Shown here one piece after another: positions 34,122-42,264 of a stretch of DNA of 64,000 nucleotides. Made by a program: the position numbers and the translations under genes. Position 1 is the stretch's first letter. Every line of letters begins with the position of its first letter. This DNA is from Verrucomicrobiia bacterium (GTDB lineage: Bacteria; Verrucomicrobiota; Verrucomicrobiia; Limisphaerales; UBA11358): assembly GCA_049692125.1 (NCBI GenBank), contig JBAVOO010000037.1, positions 34,299 through 98,298 on the forward strand, in the 5' to 3' direction. The notes under the pieces are model-generated. The model was not told the DNA's origin and searched no databases. It saw only the letters and a program-made list of their open reading frames with translations.

Positions 34122-34435
34122 GCCATGGTGGTTTCAGCTTAAAACTGTTCATGTGAAATTCCCAAGCGCGTGGATTTCACGCAATCCTGCGTGAGGTTCG
34201 CGCGTTCGGGGCCGGCAGAATCCAGAATCCAGAAGGGAAAAGACTTTTGACACGAATTTCAGGCGTTGCCGCGAATTCAACCTGAAAAATCGGGATGAGT
34301 TCCAAAGCCTCTGCTTCAACGCAGAGGACGCAAAGAACGTGGAGATTCGCGAAGAAAATCAGAAAAAAAACTCTACATCTCTCCGCGCTCTTTGCGTTAA
34401 ATCAATCCGTGTCAATTCGTGAAATCCGTGTCTGA

Positions 34436-35110
34436 TCACGGAATCAACCACCGGGTCGTGGCATTGTTCGTGGGGACGCCGATAGTGCTTGTACCAAATG
34501 CGGAATTCAAACCCCCGCTGGTGGTTTGCTGTGCCGAACCGTCGGCCATACCGATGTTGCCGCAGCCATGATGCCTGTCTTTGGTCCAGGCGATGTTGGT
34601 GACGGTCCGAAAATCCAAAATGCCGGGCTGAACAGGCTTGCCGTTCACCTGCAGGTTGTCATCACCGTCGAGAATCATTTGCGGATAAGTTTCAGCGGCG
34701 TCCAGAGTGACGAAATAGCTGATGTTGGCGTCACTGAAACCGATTGAGAAATTGGTTGCAGCTATACGGCCGGTATCTGCCGGGCAACGCAGAATTTTTG
34801 GCGAGCGGAGTTCATTGGACATGGTTTGCCACAAGACATAGGCGTTGCCGGCGCCAATTACCTCCATCGCGCCGCCGTTCGTTACGGAAACTTGCATCGG
34901 ATATTTGTCGCCGTTGTCGCCTTCCCAAAGCCGGAAAGCCATGCCGGTTTCTTTGAGGTTGCTGACGCAAGCAATCCTTTGAGCTTTCCGTTTGGCTGCC
35001 TCCAATGCCGGGAACAGGAACCCAACGAGAAAAATTACTACGACGATGATAACGAGAACTTCCGTCAGCGTCAGCGCCCGGGTCTGTTCATGGGAGAAGC
35101 GTGGTTTCAT
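34436..35110 (-). CDS. prepilin-like H-X9-DG-family protein (tandem paralogue)
   Basis: From the internal ATG at 35110: MKPRFSHEQTRALTLTEVLVIIVVVIFLVGFLFPALEAAKRKAQRIACVSNLKETGMAFRLWEGDNGDKYPMQVSVTNGGAME...HHGCGNIGMADGSAQQ (H-X9-DG). The longer track ORF (to 35482) overlaps the upstream paralogue and is rejected. Confidence 0.85.
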   Translation of the reverse strand: MKPRFSHEQTRALTLTEVLVIIVVVIFLVGFLFPALEAAKRKAQRIACVSNLKETGMAFRLWEGDNGDKYPMQVSVTNGGAMEVIGAGNAYVLWQTMSNELRSPKILRCPADTGRIAATNFSIGFSDANISYFVTLDAAETYPQMILDGDDNLQVNGKPVQPGILDFRTVTNIAWTKDRHHGCGNIGMADGSAQQTTSGGLNSAFGTSTIGVPTNNATTRWLIP

Positions 35111-35847
35111 GGCAACACAAGGCGATTGGTGGTGACGCCCGTTTGCTGAAGCGCCTTTTGCAAGCCATCCGTGGTGACTTGCTGAACTGAGCCGTCGGCC
35201 ATGCCGATATTGCCGACGAATCGATATCGTGCCGGGGTCCAAAAGTGGGAGTTGTACGCAACGTGACGCCCGGAAGTCCAGGTAATGGGAGTATTCGTTG
35301 AAAGTTCCAGCAGCCCTGATTTTACCGGAATGCCGCCGATGGCGAAGTTGTCGTCGCCGGAGTGGAACCTTTGAGGGTTGGCTTCGTTGGTGACGTCCAG
35401 ACCGACGAAATAACTGACATTCCTGTTGTTGAAGCCTTCCCCAAAATTGGCTGCAAGGATCGCTTTGATATCTTGTGGGCAAATCAGAATTTTTGGAGTG
35501 CTCAATTCATTGGACATCGCCCGAAAACAGGCAGCGACATTTCCCGTAGCAACCAATTCCATCGCACCACCATTCGTCACCGAGATTGCCATGGGATATT
35601 TGTCGTTGTTGTCTCCCTCCCACAGTCGGTAAGCAATGCCGATTTGTTTGAGATTACTGACGCAGTTAATTCTCTGTCTGCCATTATGGACGGGAACGAG
35701 GGCTGGCAAAAGTAGCACGAAGAGAACAGCCAGCATTGCAATGACCACTATCGCTTCCGTTCGCGTCAGCGCCCGGTTTCGTTGATGGGAAAAGCGCGGT
35801 TTCACGGTCGTTTGATGGAATTCATGAGCCGATGGGGGATTGAGCAT
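35107..35847 (-). CDS. prepilin-like H-X9-DG-family protein (tandem paralogue)
   Basis: ..KPRFSHQRNRALTRTEAIVVIAMLAVLFVLLLPAL..RINCVSNLKQIGIAYRLWEGDNNDKYPMAISVTNGGAME...GNIGMADGSVQQ. The start is either ATG 35847 or, by analogy with the paralogue (MKPRFSH), GTG 35805. Its stop overlaps the next start (ATGA at 35107-35110). Confidence 0.85.
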   Translation of the reverse strand: MLNPPSAHEFHQTTVKPRFSHQRNRALTRTEAIVVIAMLAVLFVLLLPALVPVHNGRQRINCVSNLKQIGIAYRLWEGDNNDKYPMAISVTNGGAMELVATGNVAACFRAMSNELSTPKILICPQDIKAILAANFGEGFNNRNVSYFVGLDVTNEANPQRFHSGDDNFAIGGIPVKSGLLELSTNTPITWTSGRHVAYNSHFWTPARYRFVGNIGMADGSVQQVTTDGLQKALQQTGVTTNRLVLP

Positions 35848-36004
35848 GGTCCATGCCGCGACAATTTCCGCTTCAAGCAGGCCAGGCGAAAGTGAAAAGG
35901 GGAAAATCTCACGCACTTTTGCGTGAAGCTCACGCATTTGGTTTCACGGCGGCACGGCAGTTTATTGTAATTGGCAGGGCGCGGTTTCATGACCGCGACC
36001 GGCG

Positions 36005-36562
36005 TTATTTGCCGGCCTTGACCAGCGACAGCGCCACGAACAGCAGAACCACAATTATAATCCCCACAATGCCGACACCAATCCAGAAATAGAGGCCACC
36101 CCGGTTGCGCTTTTTGGAAAATTCCTTGCTGGTGTCGAAACCCGGCGGGCGTCCGCCGCCCTCCAGGTCGCTCAAGCTGACGCCGCGCGGGATGACCATG
36201 GTGGCTTCCGCCTGCCGTTTGGCCGGGCCAGGAGGGGGGGCCGTGGCTGGCGCGGAGGCCGGCGCGGAAGCCGGCGTTCCGGTTTCCAGTTTCAATTCAA
36301 TCTGGCCGAGCCGCAGCGTCTGGCCGGGCTTCAAAACGCTTTCGGTGATTTGTTCGCCGTTGATGAAGGTGCCGTTCGTCGAATTGAGGTCTTTGATGAC
36401 GACATCGCCGCCGCGCAACAGCACTTCGCAATGATGGCTGGAGACGGACGGCTCGGCGATTTGGAACAGGTTGTCCTCTACGCGGCCAATCGTGGTACGA
36501 TCCACGTTCAGCTCGTATGCGCGGCCGGTCAGGCCCTGGGTCAGAATAACAAGTTTGGCCAT
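36005..36562 (-). CDS. FHA-domain protein with a C-terminal TM anchor
   Basis: 185 aa: TIGRVEDNLFQIAEPSVSSHHCEVLLRGGDVVIKDLNSTNGTFINGEQI (FHA core G-R...S..H...NST/SNG), then a Pro/Ala linker and the tail LYFWIGVGIVGIIIVVLLFVALSLV. Confidence 0.88.
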   Translation of the reverse strand: MAKLVILTQGLTGRAYELNVDRTTIGRVEDNLFQIAEPSVSSHHCEVLLRGGDVVIKDLNSTNGTFINGEQITESVLKPGQTLRLGQIELKLETGTPASAPASAPATAPPPGPAKRQAEATMVIPRGVSLSDLEGGGRPPGFDTSKEFSKKRNRGGLYFWIGVGIVGIIIVVLLFVALSLVKAGK

Positions 36563-36632
36563 GGACTTACGATAAGCCGATTATGGTCACGGCGCGTTTC
36601 AAGTCAAACCGAAATCTCGGAAAATGATTTTT

Positions 36633-37793
36633 TTAACCCCGCCGCTCAATCAACGCGCGGAATTCGGCGAACAACGGCGTCGAATCATGCGGTCCGGGCG
36701 ACGCCTCGGGATGATACTGCACGCAGAAAACCGGTTTGGTCTTGTGGCGCAGGCCCTCGACGGTTTGATCGTTCAAATTGATGCGGTTCACCGCGACGCC
36801 GGATGGCAACGATTTCGCGTCCACGGCAAAACCATGATTCTGCGCCGTGATTTCGACCCTGCCGGATTCCAGGTCCTTCACTGGCTGGTTCGCACCGCGA
36901 TGGCCAAATTTCAATTTGAAGGTTTTGCCGCCAAACGCCTGTCCGAGAATTTGATGGCCGAGACAAATCCCAAAAATCGGCACGCCGCTGTCCACGAGCG
37001 TTTTTACTTCGCGGACGATGTAATTGAGCGCCGCCGGGTCGCCGGGTCCGTTGGACAGGAAAATGCCCGCCGGTTTGTGCTTGAGCACCTCGGCGGCGGA
37101 CGCTGTCGCCGGCAAAACCTGCGTTGCAAAACCGCGCTGCCGCAGCCGGCGCAGAATATTGTATTTCAGTCCGTAATCAAAGGCGACAATGGGAATGTCC
37201 GCGGGCGGCAACGGCTCGCGCAACTGGCGCGCGTTGGCCGGTTCATTGCCGATGGCCAGTTTGAAACTCGCGCTCTGCTCATCCTTTTCATCCCAGTAAA
37301 ACGCCGCTTTGTGCGTGACTTCCCTGACGTAATCCACGCCAACGAAAACAAATTCTTTCGCCCGGCGCACGGCTTCCGGCTCCGGGATTTCTTCCGTGGA
37401 AATGAAGCCGTTCATCGCTCCCCGCACGCGGAGTTTTTTGGTCAGCGCGCGCGTGTCAAGGCCCTGAATTCCCGGAATCCGGGTTTTCTTGAGATAGTCC
37501 GCAAGTGAAGAATCCGCGCGCCAGTTGCTGACGACCGGCGAAAGTTCCCGGATGACAAAACCGGCGACGTGGGGCTGCCACGATTCCACGTCCACCTCGT
37601 TCACGCCGTAATTGCCGATGAGCGGATAGGTCATCGTGACGATTTGCCCCTTGTAGGACGGGTCGGTGAGGATTTCCTGGTAACCGGTCATCGAAGTATT
37701 AAAGCAAACCTCGCCGCAGGCCGAGGCGCGCGCGCCAAAACCTTGTCCGTGAAACACGGAACCGTCTTCCAGTGCCAGAATCGCTTTCATCAA
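36633..37793 (-). CDS. carA: carbamoyl-phosphate synthase small (glutamine amidotransferase) subunit
   Basis: 386 aa: MKAILALEDGSVFHGQGFGA...GEVCFNTSMTGYQEILTDPSYKGQIVTMTYPLIGNYG...PIFGICLGHQILG (Cys nucleophile)...NHGFAV...QYHPEASPGP. Confidence 0.95.
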   Translation of the reverse strand: MMKAILALEDGSVFHGQGFGARASACGEVCFNTSMTGYQEILTDPSYKGQIVTMTYPLIGNYGVNEVDVESWQPHVAGFVIRELSPVVSNWRADSSLADYLKKTRIPGIQGLDTRALTKKLRVRGAMNGFISTEEIPEPEAVRRAKEFVFVGVDYVREVTHKAAFYWDEKDEQSASFKLAIGNEPANARQLREPLPPADIPIVAFDYGLKYNILRRLRQRGFATQVLPATASAAEVLKHKPAGIFLSNGPGDPAALNYIVREVKTLVDSGVPIFGICLGHQILGQAFGGKTFKLKFGHRGANQPVKDLESGRVEITAQNHGFAVDAKSLPSGVAVNRINLNDQTVEGLRHKTKPVFCVQYHPEASPGPHDSTPLFAEFRALIERRG

Positions 37794-37900
37794 ATGTCAT
37801 CAGGATAGTTATTTGGAGGCTTCGTTCAAGCGCGAACCGGGCTCCGGCGGAAACTTCCGATGCATTTGTCCCATGTTGCCTTTGCAGGCGAAACCTCTCT

Positions 37901-40510
37901 TCAATGGGATTTTCTTACCTCTGAAAGCACAAGTTGGCGAATGGAGCGGCTATCTACAGGCTTCAGATCCGGCCCTTCCAGCGAATCGGTTGGGTGGTGC
38001 AGTTTTCTGCATAAAAAACTGCTCAATACGCTAAACTCGTCAACCGTGTCACGTGATGCCAGAAACTGGTTTGTGGCATCAACCAAAGCCTTTTCGTCCC
38101 GGTCGAGATAGCACACCAGCACGTGGCGGCACAAATCGGTTTCCCGCCCTCCCAGAAATGTGATTGCGTCGTGGGATTTCAAATTGAATTTTTCAATCCA
38201 CAACCAACGCAGAACCAGCCAAGAATCGTCCCGTCCGAAATACTGCAGTGCCTTTTGGTGATCGGCGTGTTGCGGATCACGCAGTGCCGGCAGTAGCGGA
38301 AGAAATTCCAATAAACGGCGTCCGCGACTTTCGGGGCCTTTCTGCGTCTCGTAACGTTCAATCAAAGCGCGGACATTTTGTTCCAGTTCGGTTGAATTGT
38401 CATGTATGGCGGCGTCCCAAATGTGCAGGCACATATCATTAAAACTGGCCGAACGGCTATCTTCCAAAACCATCTGTCTCATCCCCTCATCGTTCAAAAG
38501 GTAAGCGGTGACAAACACCATCAGCCCGAGGCGATTGGAGAAGCCAACAGGATCAATGATGTTGGTTCGCGCCTGGGTGTAGAAACGTTTGGCTGACTTG
38601 AATGCTCCGGAAACCGCATAGTTTCTAAACACGCGATCCTCCATTCCACAATCGGGATTTTTCCAATAAAGTTTTTCCATCTCCTGCCCGCGCTCCAGAT
38701 TTCCCAAGGTTTTAAACTTTCGATCGTAAACACACCGAACATAAAGGCGCGTTGGTTGCGGCAAGGTTTCGGCAAATTGATATTTCAGGTCAACGGCGTG
38801 CGGGATTTTTGCCAGTGCTTCGTTATTCAATGTTTCCAGATACTGCAATACCTCGACGGTTGCCAGCGCGCCCCCTTCAGTTTGCAGGGTGTTCATCAAG
38901 TCAGGAATTTCGCCGATGGCACCGGCATCCCACAAAACCCGTGTCTGCCATTCAAAGTCGCACGGCCGCAGCCACCAACGTTTTACGAACAAGTGTGCGG
39001 TCTCCAATTGAGACACCTTGGAGTCGAACGGTGGAGTGCTAAAACCAACTCGGTGAAAAAATCCGACGACCATCTGTAACCTTTTCAATGATTCGTCATA
39101 ATTATAAATGTTGGCATCTTGAGCTCGACGGAAGAAGGGCATGAGTCCATCCAGTTCTCCTGTGACGGTCTCGAAAATGCCTTTTGCCAGTTCTGGAACT
39201 CCCCAGAGGTAAGCAACAAACGAGTATCGACTGCCCATTTGCAATCCGTTCATTTCCCATCCGTAGTTCAATAGATCTCTGGCGGTGACGGCTGGCGTTG
39301 GAGACAAAGGGCCAACGCCCTCCGTGTGAGCCAAGCGGAGGAGAGGAGCTATCTGACGGAATCCTACGAGCGACGGGTCTTGGCCCGTTTCCAGCTTCCC
39401 GTTAATTTGCGCGGTCTTTTGAGCTTCTTGGAGAAGATTTGTATAACCATGGTAATCACATGGTGAGTCTTTGTAGGCTGAAAGCACTTTTACCCAATCG
39501 GCCCGCGCAAATACCGGCCAAGCACCTTCCAGAATGTGTCCGCCGCTGACGCTGGTTCCTGTGGCCATAAATGGAGCATAATTGTGAAAGGCGGCAGCCT
39601 GTTGTGGAGAATCAACCAGCTCGGGAAACAGATCCGCCAGCAGTCGCTTCGAGTCATTGACAGCGGCATCATAAACAAGCATCGGCATGGCCATGGCAAG
39701 ATTGGTGCAGGGAGCGGCAAATAAATAGACCTCCCGGGAAGTTGGTTTGCGTAGCCAAATATTCCAGCCAGTTTCCTGAACTGTGGCTTTTTCCAGCTTT
39801 GCTGGGCGTGATTTGTTCCAAAGCTCCACCGCCATGCGCTCACGACCAGCTTGAAACAAAATTGGCGACCAAAGATCATCCATTTTCGTTGAACTGGCCT
39901 GCTCAACAAGCGCCAGCCAAGCTGCGCTCCGTGCCAAGATCACCCAGTCCAATGTAACGCGATCAATCGTTCCCGGCAGTGTGGTGTGAGCAAGGAGCCC
40001 GGCCAGTTCCGGTTGCCAGCCGCAGTCACCACCTGGTTCGCGAGGTAGAAGCTGAAAAACTCTTGCCAGGCTTTCTTCCCTTGACCGACCCATCTTAGCT
40101 GCACCCGTCCAGAAACGTTGCCGAACTTCCTCTGCCTTCAAGGGCATTAATCCCTGCCCATCGGCCAAGCACAACTGCTTGAAGATCGAACGATAAAACT
40201 CCGGCCCCTTCTTGAGATCGTCCCCGGTATAAGTGACTGTGGCTAGTTTTACGTCTTTTCCCTTTTGATCGAGCCAATGGATTTCCCAGGAAACTGTTTG
40301 ATCGGGCTTGGTCGTCACATGGTAAGTCACCTCTGCAAAGTTGGTGCCGTGCCTATCTGCCAGCCACGCCAATACACGAGCGGCTTCAACCACATAAACC
40401 CGCTGAACGGGATCGTGATATTCCGTATCAGGGGCATAGAACTGACCAAATGCAGGACTGGCGACAAAACAACAAAAGACAAGAAGTGGGTTAAGTCTTG
40501 TGAGTTTCAT
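37901..40510 (-). CDS. large secreted protein of unknown function (orphan, lower GC)
   Basis: A continuous 879-codon ORF. The likely start is ATG 40510, giving the signal peptide MKLTRLNPLLVFCCFVASPAFGQ. No motif was recognised. Sampled 60-nt lines are 35-50 % G+C. It lies between pyrC and carA. Confidence 0.75.
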   Translation of the reverse strand: MKLTRLNPLLVFCCFVASPAFGQFYAPDTEYHDPVQRVYVVEAARVLAWLADRHGTNFAEVTYHVTTKPDQTVSWEIHWLDQKGKDVKLATVTYTGDDLKKGPEFYRSIFKQLCLADGQGLMPLKAEEVRQRFWTGAAKMGRSREESLARVFQLLPREPGGDCGWQPELAGLLAHTTLPGTIDRVTLDWVILARSAAWLALVEQASSTKMDDLWSPILFQAGRERMAVELWNKSRPAKLEKATVQETGWNIWLRKPTSREVYLFAAPCTNLAMAMPMLVYDAAVNDSKRLLADLFPELVDSPQQAAAFHNYAPFMATGTSVSGGHILEGAWPVFARADWVKVLSAYKDSPCDYHGYTNLLQEAQKTAQINGKLETGQDPSLVGFRQIAPLLRLAHTEGVGPLSPTPAVTARDLLNYGWEMNGLQMGSRYSFVAYLWGVPELAKGIFETVTGELDGLMPFFRRAQDANIYNYDESLKRLQMVVGFFHRVGFSTPPFDSKVSQLETAHLFVKRWWLRPCDFEWQTRVLWDAGAIGEIPDLMNTLQTEGGALATVEVLQYLETLNNEALAKIPHAVDLKYQFAETLPQPTRLYVRCVYDRKFKTLGNLERGQEMEKLYWKNPDCGMEDRVFRNYAVSGAFKSAKRFYTQARTNIIDPVGFSNRLGLMVFVTAYLLNDEGMRQMVLEDSRSASFNDMCLHIWDAAIHDNSTELEQNVRALIERYETQKGPESRGRRLLEFLPLLPALRDPQHADHQKALQYFGRDDSWLVLRWLWIEKFNLKSHDAITFLGGRETDLCRHVLVCYLDRDEKALVDATNQFLASRDTVDEFSVLSSFLCRKLHHPTDSLEGPDLKPVDSRSIRQLVLSEVRKSH

Positions 40511-40566
40511 GTAAGGAAAATAGTCAGCCAATAGCATCATGTTCTTTCATACATGCAGTTCTGAAG

Positions 40567-41949
40567 TTATACCGCTGCCAGTTCTGCCTGTTCAACGAAA
40601 ACTTTTTTCCCGCCGACGATGGTGGCCACCACCCGGCCCTTGAGTTTCCAGCCGAAGAACGGGCTGTTCGACGATTTGCTCGCGGTTTTGTTGCGCTCAA
40701 AAATCCATTCCCGATCCGGATCAAAGACCGTCACGTCCGCATCCGCGCCGACACCGAGCGTGCCTTTTTTCAATTTCAGCAGTCGCGCCGGATTTACCGT
40801 GTATTTCACAATCAAATCGGAGAGCGAAATGCGTTTGGCGTGAACCAGTTGCATGAGCCCCAGCGCCAGCTCGGTTTCCAAACCGACGATGCCGAACGGC
40901 GCGTAATCGAATTCCACTTCCTTTTCGTAATCGCAATGCGGCGCGTGGTCGCTGCACAAAATTTCAATCGTGCCGTCGGCCAGCCCTTCCAAAACCGCCT
41001 CGCGGTCGCGCGCGGTGCGCAACGGCGGATTCATTTTGAAATTTGTGTCGTAAGCCGGCCATTCGGGAATTTCGCCGTTTTGGAATTTCGCCAGAATTTT
41101 TCCGTCGTTGCCCCAGAATTTTTCACTTCCGGAAACAGCGGCATCGGTGAGCGTGAAATGGTGCGGACAGGCCTCGCCGGATATTGGCACGCCGCGTTTC
41201 TTCGCCTCGCGCAGCAAGGCGACGCTGCCCGCTGCGCTGAGGTGCTGGCAATGGACGCGCGCGCCGGTAAGTTCGGCGAGCAGGATGTTGCGCGCAACGA
41301 TCATTTCCTCGCCGGCCGCCGGCCAGCCGCGCAAACCGAGCGCGGTGCTCCAATATCCTTCGTGCATTACGCCATCGGTCACGAGCGAATAATCCTGGCA
41401 ATGATCCATCACCGGCAGGTCGAACATTTTTGCGTATTCCAACGCCCGACGCATCAGTTCGTTGTTCTGCACGCAATGGCCATCATCGGTGATGGCCACG
41501 ACGCCGGCGCGTTTGAGCGAGCCGATGGACGCGAGTTCTTCGCCCGCGATATTTTTTGTGATGGCGCCGGTGACGAAGACATTCACGACGCCGTGTTGGG
41601 CGGCGCGTTCGTGGATGAGCGCGACGGTTCCGGCATTGTCAATCGCGGGCGACGTGTTCGGCATGCAAACGACCGAGGTGAAGCCGCCACGCGCGGCGGC
41701 AGCGGTGCCGGTGGCGATATTTTCTTTGGCCGTCTGGCCGGGCTCGCGCAAGTGGACGTGCAAATCAATCAAGCCGGGACAAACAATGAGGCCGCTCACG
41801 TCCATCCGCTCGACTTCGCGCGGCGCTTGCTTCGCCGCATCCGCGCCGACCGCCGCGATTTTGCATTCCGAAATTAAAACATCCGCTTTGACGTCGAGTC
41901 GGTTGGCCGGATCCACGACGCGCCCGCCAGTGAGAAGCAACGCTGCCAT
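40567..41949 (-). CDS. pyrC: dihydroorotase
   Basis: From the internal ATG at 41949: MAALLLTGGRVVDPANRLDVKADVLI...GLIDLHVHLREPG....E.I.TGT.AAARGGFT.V..MPNT.P....(metal-binding HxH)...CSDHAPH. This is the cyclic amidohydrolase family. Confidence 0.92.
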   Translation of the reverse strand: MAALLLTGGRVVDPANRLDVKADVLISECKIAAVGADAAKQAPREVERMDVSGLIVCPGLIDLHVHLREPGQTAKENIATGTAAAARGGFTSVVCMPNTSPAIDNAGTVALIHERAAQHGVVNVFVTGAITKNIAGEELASIGSLKRAGVVAITDDGHCVQNNELMRRALEYAKMFDLPVMDHCQDYSLVTDGVMHEGYWSTALGLRGWPAAGEEMIVARNILLAELTGARVHCQHLSAAGSVALLREAKKRGVPISGEACPHHFTLTDAAVSGSEKFWGNDGKILAKFQNGEIPEWPAYDTNFKMNPPLRTARDREAVLEGLADGTIEILCSDHAPHCDYEKEVEFDYAPFGIVGLETELALGLMQLVHAKRISLSDLIVKYTVNPARLLKLKKGTLGVGADADVTVFDPDREWIFERNKTASKSSNSPFFGWKLKGRVVATIVGGKKVFVEQAELAAV

Positions 41950-42264
41950 GCGCGCGAGGCTACACGAGTGGAATTGACAACGCAAGCCCGGGCGTTATGC
42001 TGCCCGGCAATCGCGGGCGGCAACCTGGCGGGACAGGCGCGGGCGCGGGATTCGTTTGAGGGATGTTCGCAGACAAGTCTTTCGCGCAGGTAAAAGACAT
42101 GATGCCCAAGGTACTCGTTGAGTCTTTCCTAAAAAATTGCAAACATTAACTTGACGTGACTTCGCTTTTTCGAGCCGGGAGAATAACCAGTCTGCCTCCT
42201 ATAGTTGGGTTTTCGACTGCACGCTTATGACTGGCAAGGGCACGGCATTTTTCGTCTATAAAAA

